From NCBI RefSeq assembly GCF_009914755.1, contig NC_060927.1: a stretch of DNA of 64,000 nt. The stretch is one strand, 5' to 3'. The stretch is from the human T2T-CHM13v2.0 reference genome, Homo sapiens. The position numbers and the translations under genes were made by a program. This document shows, piece after piece, positions 43,172 through 55,645 of the stretch. The notes below the pieces were generated by a model that did not search any database, had not been told where the DNA came from, and worked only from the letters and a program-made list of their open reading frames with translations. The first letter of the stretch is position 1; the number at the start of each line of letters is the position of its first letter.

Positions 43172-43570
43172 TGTTGTGAAGATCACCAAATAATTCCAGC
43201 TGTCCTTTTTCCTAGATACATGTCAGATTTATAATTCTAGCACCCTTTTGACTGGATAGGACTACATGACTTGTTCCAGCCTGTGACTTTTGAGCAGAAG
43301 CGATTTGTGTCACTCCTGGACTGAGCATGTAATTGTCAGTACAAAATACTCCAGAACTCTCTTTTCCTTTGGGTAGAGCAGCCAACAATGTTGCAGAGGA
43401 TGGTTGCTTGGCTGCTTGGGTTCCTGAGTGAATATTATGACCAGAGGCTTTCTGCTCACATATGATTGATGTAGAGAGGGAGTGGAAAATAGACCTTGTT
43501 AGTTGTAAACCACTGATACTTCTCAGTTATGTGTTACTGCAACGTAACTTGGTCAATCCTGACTAATGCA
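43172..43570 (+). mobile_element. MLT1I-like MaLR LTR
   Basis: catgacttgttccagcc...gagcagaagcgatttgtgtcactcc...aaccactga...tgttactgcaacgtaact...cctgactaatgca. Confidence 0.7.
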
Positions 43571-43649
43571 AACTCTTTACATTCTATTATGCTCTAGTAC
43601 AGTGCAGAGTAAGTGCCTAGTTAAATCAACAAACTTTTAGTTTGGAGTG

Positions 43650-45480
43650 TGTATTAGTCAGTGTTCTCTAGAGGGACAGAAATAATAGGATATGTATATA
43701 TCCTAAAGAAGTGCTTGGCCAAATACTAATTCTGCTGGACATATATAGTTGTTTTACTAACAGAGTGAAATCATCAAAAAACTTATATATATAGGATTAT
43801 ATATTATATATAATTATATATAATATAAAATATAAATTTATGTACAGTATAGATAATATATAATACATACAATGTTTAATATAAATATATATTATATATA
43901 ATTATATATAATACATATATATTTATATATTTTATATATTTGTATAATACATATAATATATATTTTATATATCATATATTGTATTTAATATATAATACAT
44001 AAAATATATTATTTTTAATTGTATATATAAAGATATAAAATATAAAATATATTATACATTATATATAGATTTTTACATATAATATATAGTATAAAATATA
44101 AATATATATTTTATATTAATATAATATATTATATATTATACCATATAATATATATAATATATTATATATTATATATAATATATATATTATATATAATACA
44201 TTAATATATTAATGTATTATATTATATATTAATACAATATAATATATTAATGTATTATATTATATATTAATACGATATATTATATTAATATATTATATAT
44301 TAATACGATATATTATATTAATATATTATATATTAATACGATATATTATATTAATATATTATATATTAATACGATATATTATATTAATATATTATATATT
44401 AATACGATATATTATATTAATATATTATATATTAATACGATATATTATATTAATATATTATATATTAATACGATATATCATATTAATATATTATATATTA
44501 ATACGATATATCATATTAATATATTATATATTAATACGATATATCGTATTAATATATTATATATTAATACGATATATCGTATTAATATATTATATATTAA
44601 TACGATATATCGTATTAATATATTATATATTAATACGATATATCGTATTAATATATTATATATTAATACGATATATCGTATTAATATATTATATATTAAT
44701 ACGATATATCGTATTAATATATTATATATTAATACGATATATCGTATTAATATATTATATATTAATACGATATATCGTATTAATATATTATATATTAATA
44801 CGATATATTAATTAATACAATATATTTTATTAATATATTATATATTAATATATTATATTAATATATTATATATTTATATATATTATGTTAATATATTATA
44901 TATTTATATATATTATGTTAATATATTATATATTTATATATATTATATTAATATATTCTATATTTATATATATTATATTAATATATTCTATATTTATATT
45001 ATATATTATATTAATATATTATATATATTTATATAATATATAATATAAATATATAAATATATTATATATAGGATTCATATATACAGGTTATATATATGAA
45101 TTATTAACTAGTAACTTACAAGATCACAAGGTCCCACAATAGGCTGTCTGCAAGCTGAAAAGCAGGGAGAGCGAGTCCAAGTTCCAAAACTGAAGAACTT
45201 GGAGTCCGATATTCGAGGGCAGGAAACATCCAGCACAGGAGAAAGATGTAGGCTGGAAGGCTAGGCCAGTCTCACTTTTCACATTTTTCTGCCTGTTTAT
45301 ATTCTAGCCATGCTGGCAGATAATTAGATTGTGCTCACCCAGATTAAGGGTGGATCTGCCTTTCCCAGCCCACTGACTCAAACGTTAATCTCCTTTGGCA
45401 ACACCCTCACAGACACACCCAAGATCAATTCTTTGTACCCTTCAATCCAATCAAGTTGACACTCAGTATTAACCATCACA
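43650..45480 (-). mobile_element. MLT2A1 (HERV-L) solo LTR no. 2, enlarged by about 1.4 kb of internal AT-rich sequence
   Basis: tgtattagtcagtgttctctagagggacag at 43650; LTR body resumes near 45100 and ends actcagtattaaccatcaca; perfect TSD gagtg/gagtg. Confidence 0.93.
43786..45098. repeat. AT-rich compound minisatellite inside MLT2A, with a 33-bp unit x about 17 (about 44262-44810) and a 30-bp unit (about 44850-45000)
   Basis: tacg recurs exactly every 33 bp (the c at 44273, 44306 ... 44801). Confidence 0.97.
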
Positions 45481-45984
45481 GAGTGCCTACTATGGGTGAG
45501 GAGCTATTAAGCATTGATGATACAAAGACAAATAAGTACCGTGTTGGCCCTGAGAGAACTCACAGAAAAATGAGAAAGAAAGCAAAAGAGAGAGGGGGAG
45601 AGAAAGAGGACAGGCAAATAGAATATAGAGTAGTTGCTGCTCTGATAAAGGAAGGCACAGAGTACAGCAAACAGAATGACGTAAGTCAGGAAATGTCAAA
45701 TATTTGTGGGGAGTGAAAACTTAACACTTCCAATACATCTAATGATGCGTTAGCTAGAAAGGAGGAGGAGCAACTATGCAAAGTCAAAATAGTGTCAGGG
45801 GAGTATCTGATTTGGAATGGAGGATAGGGTTCCAGAAGGAGAGAGGTGGGAGATAAGGCTAAAGCCAGAGCATGAAGGGCCATGTGCTTGAACTTTATCT
45901 TAAAGACAATGGGAAATCACTTAAAGGTTCCAAATTGAAGAGGAATAGAATAAACTTTTGGTTTAGATAGATCACACTGGTCAT
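45481..45984 (-). mobile_element. L2 fragments (host of the MLT2A insertion)
   Basis: gagtgcctactatg...; ggccatgtgcttgaactttatcttaaagacaatgggaaatcactt...agatcacactgg. Confidence 0.6.
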
Positions 45985-46483
45985 GTAGCAGTTGTTTTGT
46001 GCCTTGCACCATATTCACTCCATCCACATGATTTTAGTGCAACCAGGATACTAGTTCTGTTCATTTCTCTAGGCATAATACTTCAATTACACACAACAGT
46101 TTTTCTTCACTTTTCTGCTTCACAATTTTTTCTAAAGCCAAAGAATGCACAGATAGGCAGTACAAGGGAGTTAACACCCTAGGGTAATCTTCTACCTATA
46201 GGAGAGGGCAGCTGGCAGGAAAACATTCCAGCCTCTTATCCTTTGGAGGGATAATTCTGAGGCATGTGTTCTACATGGTTCCTCAAAGGGCATCCCACCA
46301 GCATTGAATACCAGCATCCACACTGGTAACCAGCTAAGTAACATACTCTTTATTGATTTTCCCTTCTTGCCTATATTGTTTTTTCCACATCATTATTACG
46401 GGTTTCTGCGGTCACTTTCCAATAAATACTTACGATCAAATTTGTGCTTCAGTCTTGAATTTCTGAGGAATATAAATTAAGAT
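45985..46483 (+). mobile_element. LTR16-family ERVL solo LTR
   Basis: tgtagcag...gggagttaacaccc...gggataattctgaggcatgtgttctaca...ggtaaccagct...ggtcactttccaataaatactt. Confidence 0.7.
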
Positions 46484-46686
46484 AAACTATGATGTCAAAG
46501 ATAGATATGTTTAAGGTTTTATTTTAAGGTAAAACTATGACTCTCATATGAATATAGGATGGACACATGCCAAATGTTTTATTTAACTTATTGATTAATG
46601 AGGAAACCACTAAGATGTTAAAATTTGTTGAAAGGAGAATTCAAAAATAGATTGGTCAACAGTACTGAAATAAATTTACAAATATA

Positions 46687-47048
46687 CTTGTCCCTCAGAT
46701 GACTCCTCCCCCATGAGAGATTGATTCTAGTACCCCCATGCATACCAAAATCTATACATGCTGAAGTCTCTTGAATAAAATGGTTCAGTATTTGCATATA
46801 ACCTATATGCATCTTCCTGTACACTTTAAATAATCTCTAAATTACTTATAATACATAATACTCTCTCTATATATATACATGTATATAGTAAATGGTTGTT
46901 ATACTGTATTGTTTAGGGAATAACAACATGAAATAAGTCTGTACATGTTCACTACAGATGCAACCATCCATTTTCATTCTGAATATTTTCTATCTGTAGT
47001 TGTTTGAAACTGGTTGGTTGCAGGAACCCAGATTGGGAAAGTTGACTG
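46687..47048 (+). mobile_element. MER2 (TcMar-Tigger)
   Basis: ataccaaaatctatacatgctgaagtc...gtatttgcatataacctat...gtctgtacatgttcactacagatgcaacc...gttgactg|ta. Confidence 0.88.
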
Positions 47049-47531
47049 TAGATGTATAACTTGTTTTTTTTTGTGGAGAAAGGAGAGGTCAATTGTTCCT
47101 TCACCAAGCAGAATTCATTTACGTGTGTGTAGACTGTATCCATTTGAATTGCTACCAGCTAGCTACAATTTAGAGTTATAAATAGATCAAAAGCAATGGA
47201 AGGTGGAAATAACCTGGGTGGCACCAGATAGTACACACAGCAACTTATTTGTTTATTTGTTTGTATAGTGTACTTCAAAGTCTCTCACAACTTTTTCTTA
47301 TAGATAAAAGTAGAAAAGATCATCAGAGAAACCTCATTAGTAACTAATACAACACCCACATGACAAATTAGTACTTCAACTAATGGACAGAAGGAATAAA
47401 CTAAAGTACTTCTGAAAGATAGAAAGAAAAGCACTTGTCAATTGACTGAATGTGGGAAATGTGAAATGAAGGATTGAAAGATTCAGTTCAATCTGACTCT
47501 TATAAACAACCACATAAACATGAGGTTTATC

Positions 47532-47832
47532 AGGCTGGGTGTGATAGCTCACACCTGTAATCCTAGCATTTTGAGAAGCTGAAGCAGAAGAATCACTAGA
47601 GGTCAGGAGTTCAAAACCAGCCTGGGCAACACAGCAGGACCATGTCTTTACAAAAAAATTTAAAAAATTAACTGAGCATGTGGCACATGCCTGTAGTCCC
47701 AGCTACATGGGAGCCTGAGGTGGGAGATTGTGCGAGCCCAGGACCTCAAGGCTGTAGTTAGCTATGATCATACTACTCTACTCCAGCCTGGGTGACAGAG
47801 CAAGATCCTGTCTCTAAAAGAAAAAACAAAAA
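47532..47832 (+). mobile_element. AluJ
   Basis: Full dimer; TSD-like aacatgaggtttatca / aacatgagttttatga. Confidence 0.92.
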
Positions 47833-48014
47833 ACAACATGAGTTTTATGAGGGCGATTGATTGTTCCCATTTATTAAACTAAATTGAATAAATAGAAAAT
47901 CATGGCAGTAGAAAAAAGTTGAAAGCATTGTAGGGGACACTGGTTGTCGGTTACCAAATTTGGTATTACAAGCATCCTACTGCTTTCAACTAGGTGAAGA
48001 GGTTATGAAGTGGG

Positions 48015-48240
48015 GAGGCAGTGTAGCTTGATAGTTAAGAACATGGGACTTGGAGTCAATCAAGCAAGGGTTGAATCATGGTTTACCACTTCCTGGCTAT
48101 GCGATGTGGAAAAGTTTTATTGCCATTTCAAGGTGCAGGAGGGTTTTTTTCGAAGATGATATGAGGATTAACTGACCTAGTGTTTGTAAAGATTTTACGT
48201 TGCTGCCAAGCACATTTTATCTTTTAGTATATAATAGTTC
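48015..48240 (+). mobile_element. MIR
   Basis: ggcagtgtagcttgatagttaagaacatgggacttggagtca...gggttgaatc...ccacttcctggctatg. Confidence 0.7.
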
Positions 48241-48795
48241 TTACTATTTAATCAGAATTGGAGGAGTATTTTGGGCTCTGCCTTTACACATCAAAGGTCT
48301 GGAAATGTACTACTGCAGGATTAATAATATTAAGCCCTTTACATGAATTTTGTATCTATTGAACTTAGCCACAGTTATAAATTGAACTACGTCTGTCTTT
48401 GAATGTGTTTACCTTTCATTAGTTAAAGGGGATTTATATGAAGTTAACATTTACTTGAAAATAGGGGAAGGACCCATCAACAAGATTCCTAGTTTAATGT
48501 GGATTATTCACTGTCACTAGCTCACAAGAAGTCACTAACATTTAAAAATTTAAGCTGAAACTTCAGTGGCGAGCTGACTTATACAGTCTTCCTGATAATA
48601 TTTTCCTTCCCTTCATATACCATGCTAGTTTACTGTTTTGCGTTGGAAGAAGATTAGACTTGGTGAAATCACTGTGAATTATTGCATAAAGGGAAGGGAT
48701 TTATTGGTATCTAGATATGTATTAGACAAAAATGGATGCCTTTGAGGTTTAAAGTTTTGCATTGTTGGTCTATGTGTCTCTTTATCTTCATAAAG

Positions 48796-49160
48796 TGATA
48801 TCGTTTGGCTGTGTCTTCACCCAAGTCTCCTCTTGAATTGTAGATCCCATAATTCCCATGTGTCCTGAGAAGGACCCAGTAGGAGGTAATTGAATGATGG
48901 GGGCAGGTCTTTACCATGCTGTTCTTGCAATGGTGAATAAGTCTCAAAAGATCTGATGGTTTTATAAAGGAGAGTTCCCCTGCAGAGGCTCTCTTTGCCT
49001 GCTGCCATGTAATACATGCTTTTGTTCTTCCTTCCCCTTCCAGCATGATTGTGAGGCCTCCCCAGCCATGTGGAACTGTGAGTCCATTAAACCTCTTTCC
49101 TTTATAAAGTACTCAGTCTCGGGTACGTCTTTATTAGCAGTGTGAGAACAGACTAATACA
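48796..49160 (+). mobile_element. THE1B/C MaLR solo LTR
   Basis: tgatatcgtttggctgtgtc...gtgaggcctccccagccatgtggaactgtgagtccattaaacct...cagactaataca; TSD taaag/taagg. Confidence 0.93.
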
Positions 49161-49729
49161 TAAGGATAACAAAATCTTCCAAGTTATTACAAGTCTGACT
49201 CGTCTTTGTCTTCTTTTAAGATTTGCCAAGTGATGAGACTCTAGAAAAGAAGTTCTTGGTATTGGTAGCATAGGTAGTAATGACGATGATGATGATGGTG
49301 ATGCTGCTGTGGATGGTTGCGTTATTTATGGCAGAAGATTATTATAACATATATATATATTACACTTTTCACTCACTCATTTCTAGGTGCTATGCTCCTT
49401 TTTATCAAGATATGTGTGTATTCTTTTAGCATTTCATAAGGTCCTGAGTATTCTGAAGTGGGATGGTAGGAGAAGCATGGAGTTGAGGGCAAAAGTGAAG
49501 AGTAGGGAAAGAGAAAATTTCCCCAACCTGGGAAAAAGCTACAGAATGACAGGCTTCAACAGAAGGTGTGCCTGCTCATTACTCTGAGTGGATACTCTGG
49601 TCTCAGGCTAAGTTGCATAGGTTCCAAGAATGGGAGCTCTCATTATCACTTAATGTCTATGACCTAAGTAAGACCCAGAAACAGGAGAGCCTTTGGACCA
49701 AGGTATCCAAGAAGCTGAGACAACCATTA

Positions 49730-50402
<673 letters not shown>

Positions 50403-50453
50403 AAATTGAGTTTATTTATATCAAGTAACAAGTGTGACATTTCCTCCAGAATA

Positions 50454-51198
50454 TGTAACTGCCCAGTGGGTTCACCTTGCCCACTGCCTAGGCAGAGCTG
50501 ATTTAGCAAGACAGGGGAATTGCAATAGATAAAGTGTAATTCACACAGAGCTAGCTATACGGGAGACCAGATTTTTATTACTACTCAAATTAGACTCCCT
50601 GAAAATTTGAGGATCAGAGTTTTTAAGAATAATTTGGTGGGTAAGGGACCAGTGAATCAGGAGTTCTGACTGATCAGATGGGAGATGAAGTCATAGGAAG
50701 TTAAAGCTGCCATCTTGTGCTGAGTCAGTTCCTGGATGGGGGCCAGAAGACCAGATGAGCCAGTTTATTGATCTGGGCGATGCCAGCTGATCCATCGAGT
50801 GCAGGGTCTGCAAAATATCTCAAGCCCTGATATTAGATTTTGCAATAGTGATGTCATCCCCAGGAGCAATTCGGGGAGGTTTAGAATCTTGCGGCCTTCA
50901 GCTGCATGACTCCTAAAACATAATTTCTAATCTTGTGGTTAATTTGTTAGTCCTGCAAAGGCAGTATAGTCCCCAGGTAGGAAGGGGGCTTATTTGGGGA
51001 AAGGGCTGTTACCATCTTTGCTTCAAAGCTAAACTATAAACTAAGTTCCTCCCAAAGTTAGTTCAGCCTACGCCCAGGAATGAACAAGGACAGCTTGGAG
51101 GCTAAATTAGAAGCAAGATGGAGTTGGTTAGGTCAGATCTTTTTCACTGTAATAATTTTCTCATTTTTTAAATGAGATTTTTTGCAAAGGCAGTTTTA
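50454..51198 (-). mobile_element. LTR8/LTR8A (ERV1) solo LTR
   Basis: tgtaactgcccagtgggttcaccttgcccactgcctag...gctgagtcagttcctgg...agcaagatggagttggttaggtcagatct...tttgcaaaggcagttt. Confidence 0.88.
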
Positions 51199-52339
51199 CC
51201 TTCAGGTTTGGACTAAGAGTCAAGTGGCTATACAATGATAATGACGGTGGTAACAAAAAATTAGAGGTGTGACTGGTTTCAGTGGCTGTTTAACCCAGGA
51301 AAAAGTCACATTCTTCCAGCACTCCCAAGATAGATATTACATAAGAATACCAGAAACTGGAGAAATTAAGTAAGTTGTGCAAGGAAAAGAAGCAAAGAAG
51401 TTACACAGCCAGGACTAAAGCATGAGCCTATTTGACCCCAAAGATTATCTTCTAACTATTGTAGTAGAGACTTTCACATCTGACATCAACGCTGGCTTTC
51501 TAGGGAAGACAAACCAGACAGCTGGCATTGCAGTGGGCATTTGAGAGCTGAGAAAAGATACTCCTGAAGGAAAGTATTTCCCTCTGAGGCTTGAAATTTT
51601 GGGTAATATATTTCTGAGGAAGGAGGGTATGAAGTGCTTTCTTCTAATTAGCCGCAATTCAATGGAGATGGACACCATCAGGGATAAAGACTAAGTTTCT
51701 ACACCTAAACAGAAAGGTGAGCTGTGAGGATAAAGAGGACTGGGGTGGAGTGAGGGGGGAGTCCAAAACAGGGAGTTGTTCCAAGAAACTTTAGAGGCTG
51801 GATAGGTTACTGGAGTGAGGAATCCAAAGAAAAGCAGGGCCCTGTCTACATAGAAAATGGAGATCAAGAATCATATGTTTGCTTCATAGTTTTCAAAAAG
51901 CTGACTCTGCCCTATAACTGCCTTGAAATTTCCTGATGCCTCAGACAGCCTGATGGTCTACCAAACTAAAGTTTGGAAAACTTTATTTTCTCTCATATTC
52001 CTAACAGAATATGAGAGCTGGAAGGAATCTTAGGATCATCTTGTCTAATGTTTTGCCAAGTTGTTATAGATGAGAAGCCTTTTTAGCTAACCAAATCCTA
52101 TCTGGAAGCCAGGTGTGTAAAAGAGAGAAAAACAGCTCTTTTGGTTGAAGCTCGTTTGGGAAACTAGTCTCCTGCTCATTCGTTTTTCTCCCTTTCCCTT
52201 CTCTTTCTAAAGTGTGGATCTGTTTTTGTTTACCTATGTAGTAGGGAGATTTTCTGTACATGTGTCTATCTCATGAGTCTCTCAGAAATGACAAGTGGTC
52301 ATATAATGTCTCCTAGGTGCCAAGATATGGGGAATAATA

Positions 52340-52525
52340 TACCAACATTATGATAACCCCACAACCAAATTAAGAAGTAAGTTTTATTCCTACATTATTG
52401 ACAGGGAATCTGGAGCATGGATAAATTTACTAGCTGAAGATTACAAAAGAAGTCAGTTCAGGAGCCAGAATTTGAACACAATCTGTCTGACTCCAAAAAT
52501 TGTTATTCTTCCCACTATGCCTCAC
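52340..52525 (-). mobile_element. MIR
   Basis: attgacagggaatctggagc...ggagccagaatttgaacacaatctgtctgactccaa. Confidence 0.6.
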
Positions 52526-53579
52526 TTAGATTTTCATGGAGAGTATTTCCTTTTGTGTTCCTAGTTTACCTTCCCCAAAATGTATCTGAATAAAGAGTAC
52601 CCTATACCTCTGAAATCCAATTCATGTTAAAAAAAAAATACACGTGCACACACACACACCTCCACCCCCAGTGATCATACAGGTCTATACAGTATATATT
52701 TAAAAAATCAATTGAACAATTTCAATTTCCTTAATTAAATTCACTAGACAAGGCTGTCAACGTAGTTGTACAGCCCCTTGAAACCACAGCTTCTGTATGT
52801 GACTGGACGGTGACCAAAATTCTAGTGGGAGGCAAAGGACAAGACAGAGGTAACAGGAGGGAAGACACCGCCTCCGAAAACATTGCAGTTCTGAGCTCAG
52901 AGCTTACTCCACAGGGGTGCCAAGCAAGATGAGAAACTGACCCTATATGTTCAGTGGGAAAATCAAAAAGTAGGCCAACTGCACATTAGTTAATATTAAA
53001 GTGAGAGTCTCTGGAATTGTTTCTGCAAATCCCTCACTCACTGGTCTAATTAGGGAAAATGGAGGATCCCAACGTATCAGTAATTTCACACCAGTGGAAA
53101 GCATTGGAGTTACATAAATGTTTACCTCAATAATCCAGGCATGGGGCTATGGCTGCCTCTGAACAGTCTGTGAAGGAGGAGGGCACATAAGCAACTGCCG
53201 GAGGCTAGTGGAGTTGATCCCAAAATAAGAAAATAAAATCTAGCCACTGGTCATTTGTCAGTCTCAGCATGGTATAAAAATATGACTCCTACAAATTCCA
53301 CTTTCCAGTTGCCACTTAGCAGTCTGCTTCTTTCCCACATAAAACCCATCCTCATATTGGGCAGAGGCATGGATATAGAGCAGCCATCATCTATCATTTC
53401 TGGCTAGGCAACTCCAAGATGGAAGAAATGAATTGTCCCCTCTGTCTCTTTTTCCTCTTGTTTATACTTAATTGTCTTAGCATACTACTGGAAACACATG
53501 TGATAAATGAGGACAGGAAACAGCATCACTCATCATGAAATGTTTTTCATTCCCAGCTTTGTGCAATAATAATACATAT

Positions 53580-53790
53580 TTGCATAGCTCTTTATACAAC
53601 TCACTCACCAGCATCAATTTATTACATTCTCATGTGAATACTGCTAGAACAACCATGGTTTTTCAGCTGGAGGTACAGAAACCAGCTCTCAGATAAGTTT
53701 GGCAGCTTTCCTGAGATCACACAGCTAATGAGTTGAGAAGCCAGAGTTAGAACCTCAGGTCTTTTGACTTTGAATTCTGCTGTGTTTGCC
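53580..53790 (-). mobile_element. MIR
   Basis: ctgagatcacacagctaatgagttgagaagccagagttagaacctcaggtcttttgact. Confidence 0.65.
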
Positions 53791-54515
53791 TCCTCATTCT
53801 TTCTACTTTCTTTTGTCATGATAACATCAGCGTTGCCTGTCTTCCTATTAAATCGCATCTCTCCTCATTAATCTTTCTCTCTTAGCCAATGACAGTGTAG
53901 TGCATTTATTTTCAAAGCTTACTGAGAGATTTCCCAATAATTTAAAAATACTCGTCAGCAAAACATTTCTACAAAGTTATTAAGTCCTTCACAAGCACAT
54001 TAGAGGGCCACTTTACCAGCAGCCAAAAAATGCATTAATACGTTCTTGTGTGTGAAGTAGGTTAAAAATAATATGCACACCAGAGATAATGGAAACATGT
54101 TGACATTATTAAGTTTATAACACATTTGAAGCTACCTTAATTGTAATATTGAGCAAATTAAAGATTATCAAGTACAGTGTCCCTGAACATCCTGGAGCAG
54201 CATCTTTCCCCATTTGACTAATTGCTGTGACACTTGAGATCTCAGTGTGATGGTTTCCTCCACACAAGTGCACAAGTGGAGGCCACCGCAACTCTTTAAA
54301 TAAACAGGCAGATGTGCTTAAATAATAAATTAATTTATTGAGAAATGTCAGAGTCACAGCCTTGATCCTTTGGCTCTGCCACAAACATCCTCCACCAGCT
54401 GAACAGAAGGGAGGTAGCTGCAATTTTTGCTCCACTGAGCACATGCGAAAGATGGAGGTTTTTCTTAATGCCTTATCCATAAGTGAGCTCTGGAGAGTGT
54501 GATACCCCCAGTACT

Positions 54516-54700
54516 ATGGTCAGCAAACTTGCTCCCACAGGCTTTGTGAAATTGGTGATCTCCACTGTGCTGAGCAAATGAGAAAGCAGCCAAAGGCAAC
54601 AGGTAAACAAGTGGGTGTGGCTGTGTTCCCATTAAACTTTATTTTCAAAAACCCGTAGTTGCTCGATTTGGCAGATGGAGGTGCTATGGATTGTCTACTG
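54516..54700 (+). mobile_element. MER58A-like (hAT-Charlie)
   Basis: ggtcagcaaactt...gaaagcagcca...gtaaacaagtgggtgtggctgtgttcccattaaactttatt. Confidence 0.75.
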
Positions 54701-54932
54701 TGAGGCAGGGGATGGAACACTGGACGGGGTCAGGGGAAACAGGTTCATTCATCTTTGACGCAATCATGCTGTGTGGCCACAAGCAATTCACTTGCAGTCT
54801 CTAGGCCTCTTTCTTCTCTAAAGTGATTTCTATTTCTCACAGTCGGAGACTATGAAATTTACTCTTGAAGAGCAGTTAGCACACAGAAGGTGGTCTAAAT
54901 CAGGGATGACAGATTTAATTGATTCTAAGTCC

Positions 54933-55375
54933 TGTCATAGTTTGAGTTCCCCACAAACAGACCCTCAAGACAAGGATTTGGATGCAAGGAACTTATTTTG
55001 GAAAGAATCCCAGGAAGCCTGAGAAGGAACAGGGAAGTGAGTCAGCAAAGTAGAGACAGTTAATAAAGTGTGTTAATGAGGAGCTACCACAAGAGGCAAC
55101 TGGGATTCAATCCTGCTGAGAACTCTCTGAGAGACTACCTGGAAATACCTCAGAATTGTCTCGCTGAGATGTCAAGGAAGCAGGAGTCTTTATCCAATAA
55201 CTCCCATTACTCATTGGTTGATGGTTACTAGGGAGGAGAAGGGTAACTCTCTGGCACCTCCAGCCTGGTCCACAGCTATGCCAAGTGCAGGAAGAGGACA
55301 ACCTCAGCAGAGCACACAGGAAGCCATCAGAACCGTGTGAGGATTAAGGGTAGGACTTTGAAAGCATCTGCTCTA
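54933..55375 (-). mobile_element. LTR33-like ERVL LTR
   Basis: cagaccctcaagacaaggatttggatgcaag...gggaagtgagtcag...ggcaactgggattcaatcctgctg...ctcattggttga. Confidence 0.7.
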
Positions 55376-55645
55376 TATAGGTCCTATTCAGGAAGCACGA
55401 ATAAGTGAAAAAGGCCTGTCAAGGAGGCAACAGGGAGTGGTAAGATGTGTACCAAATTAGAGAGCACAACTCCTATGCAAAGGGATTGTGGATTTGGAAG
55501 ACATTGGCAGATGTTTCAACAGCAGTTAGAAATCCAGATTTTTATGTAATACACTTGTCTTTTTAAATGTTAGCAACTAATTTAAAATTTTAAGCACACA
55601 GTGCTGGCTAAAGGAAAAAAAATATGTCAGGGCTAGCAGGACTAT
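55376..55645. mobile_element. MER102-like hAT element, probably split by the LTR33 (other part near 54901)
   Basis: agaaatccagatttttatgtaa...ttttaaatgttagcaactaattta. Confidence 0.5.

Noticed and set aside
44262-44810. Regularly spaced palindromic repeats of about 30 bp resembling a CRISPR array
   Set aside because: The units are head-to-tail with no unique spacers, there are no cas genes, and the context is primate. It is a minisatellite.
40281-45480. Two MLT2A LTRs as the ends of one HERV-L provirus
   Set aside because: Each LTR has its own TSD (aatac/gatac and gagtg/gagtg), and the intervening DNA is older MLT1/L2 sequence with no gag or pol.
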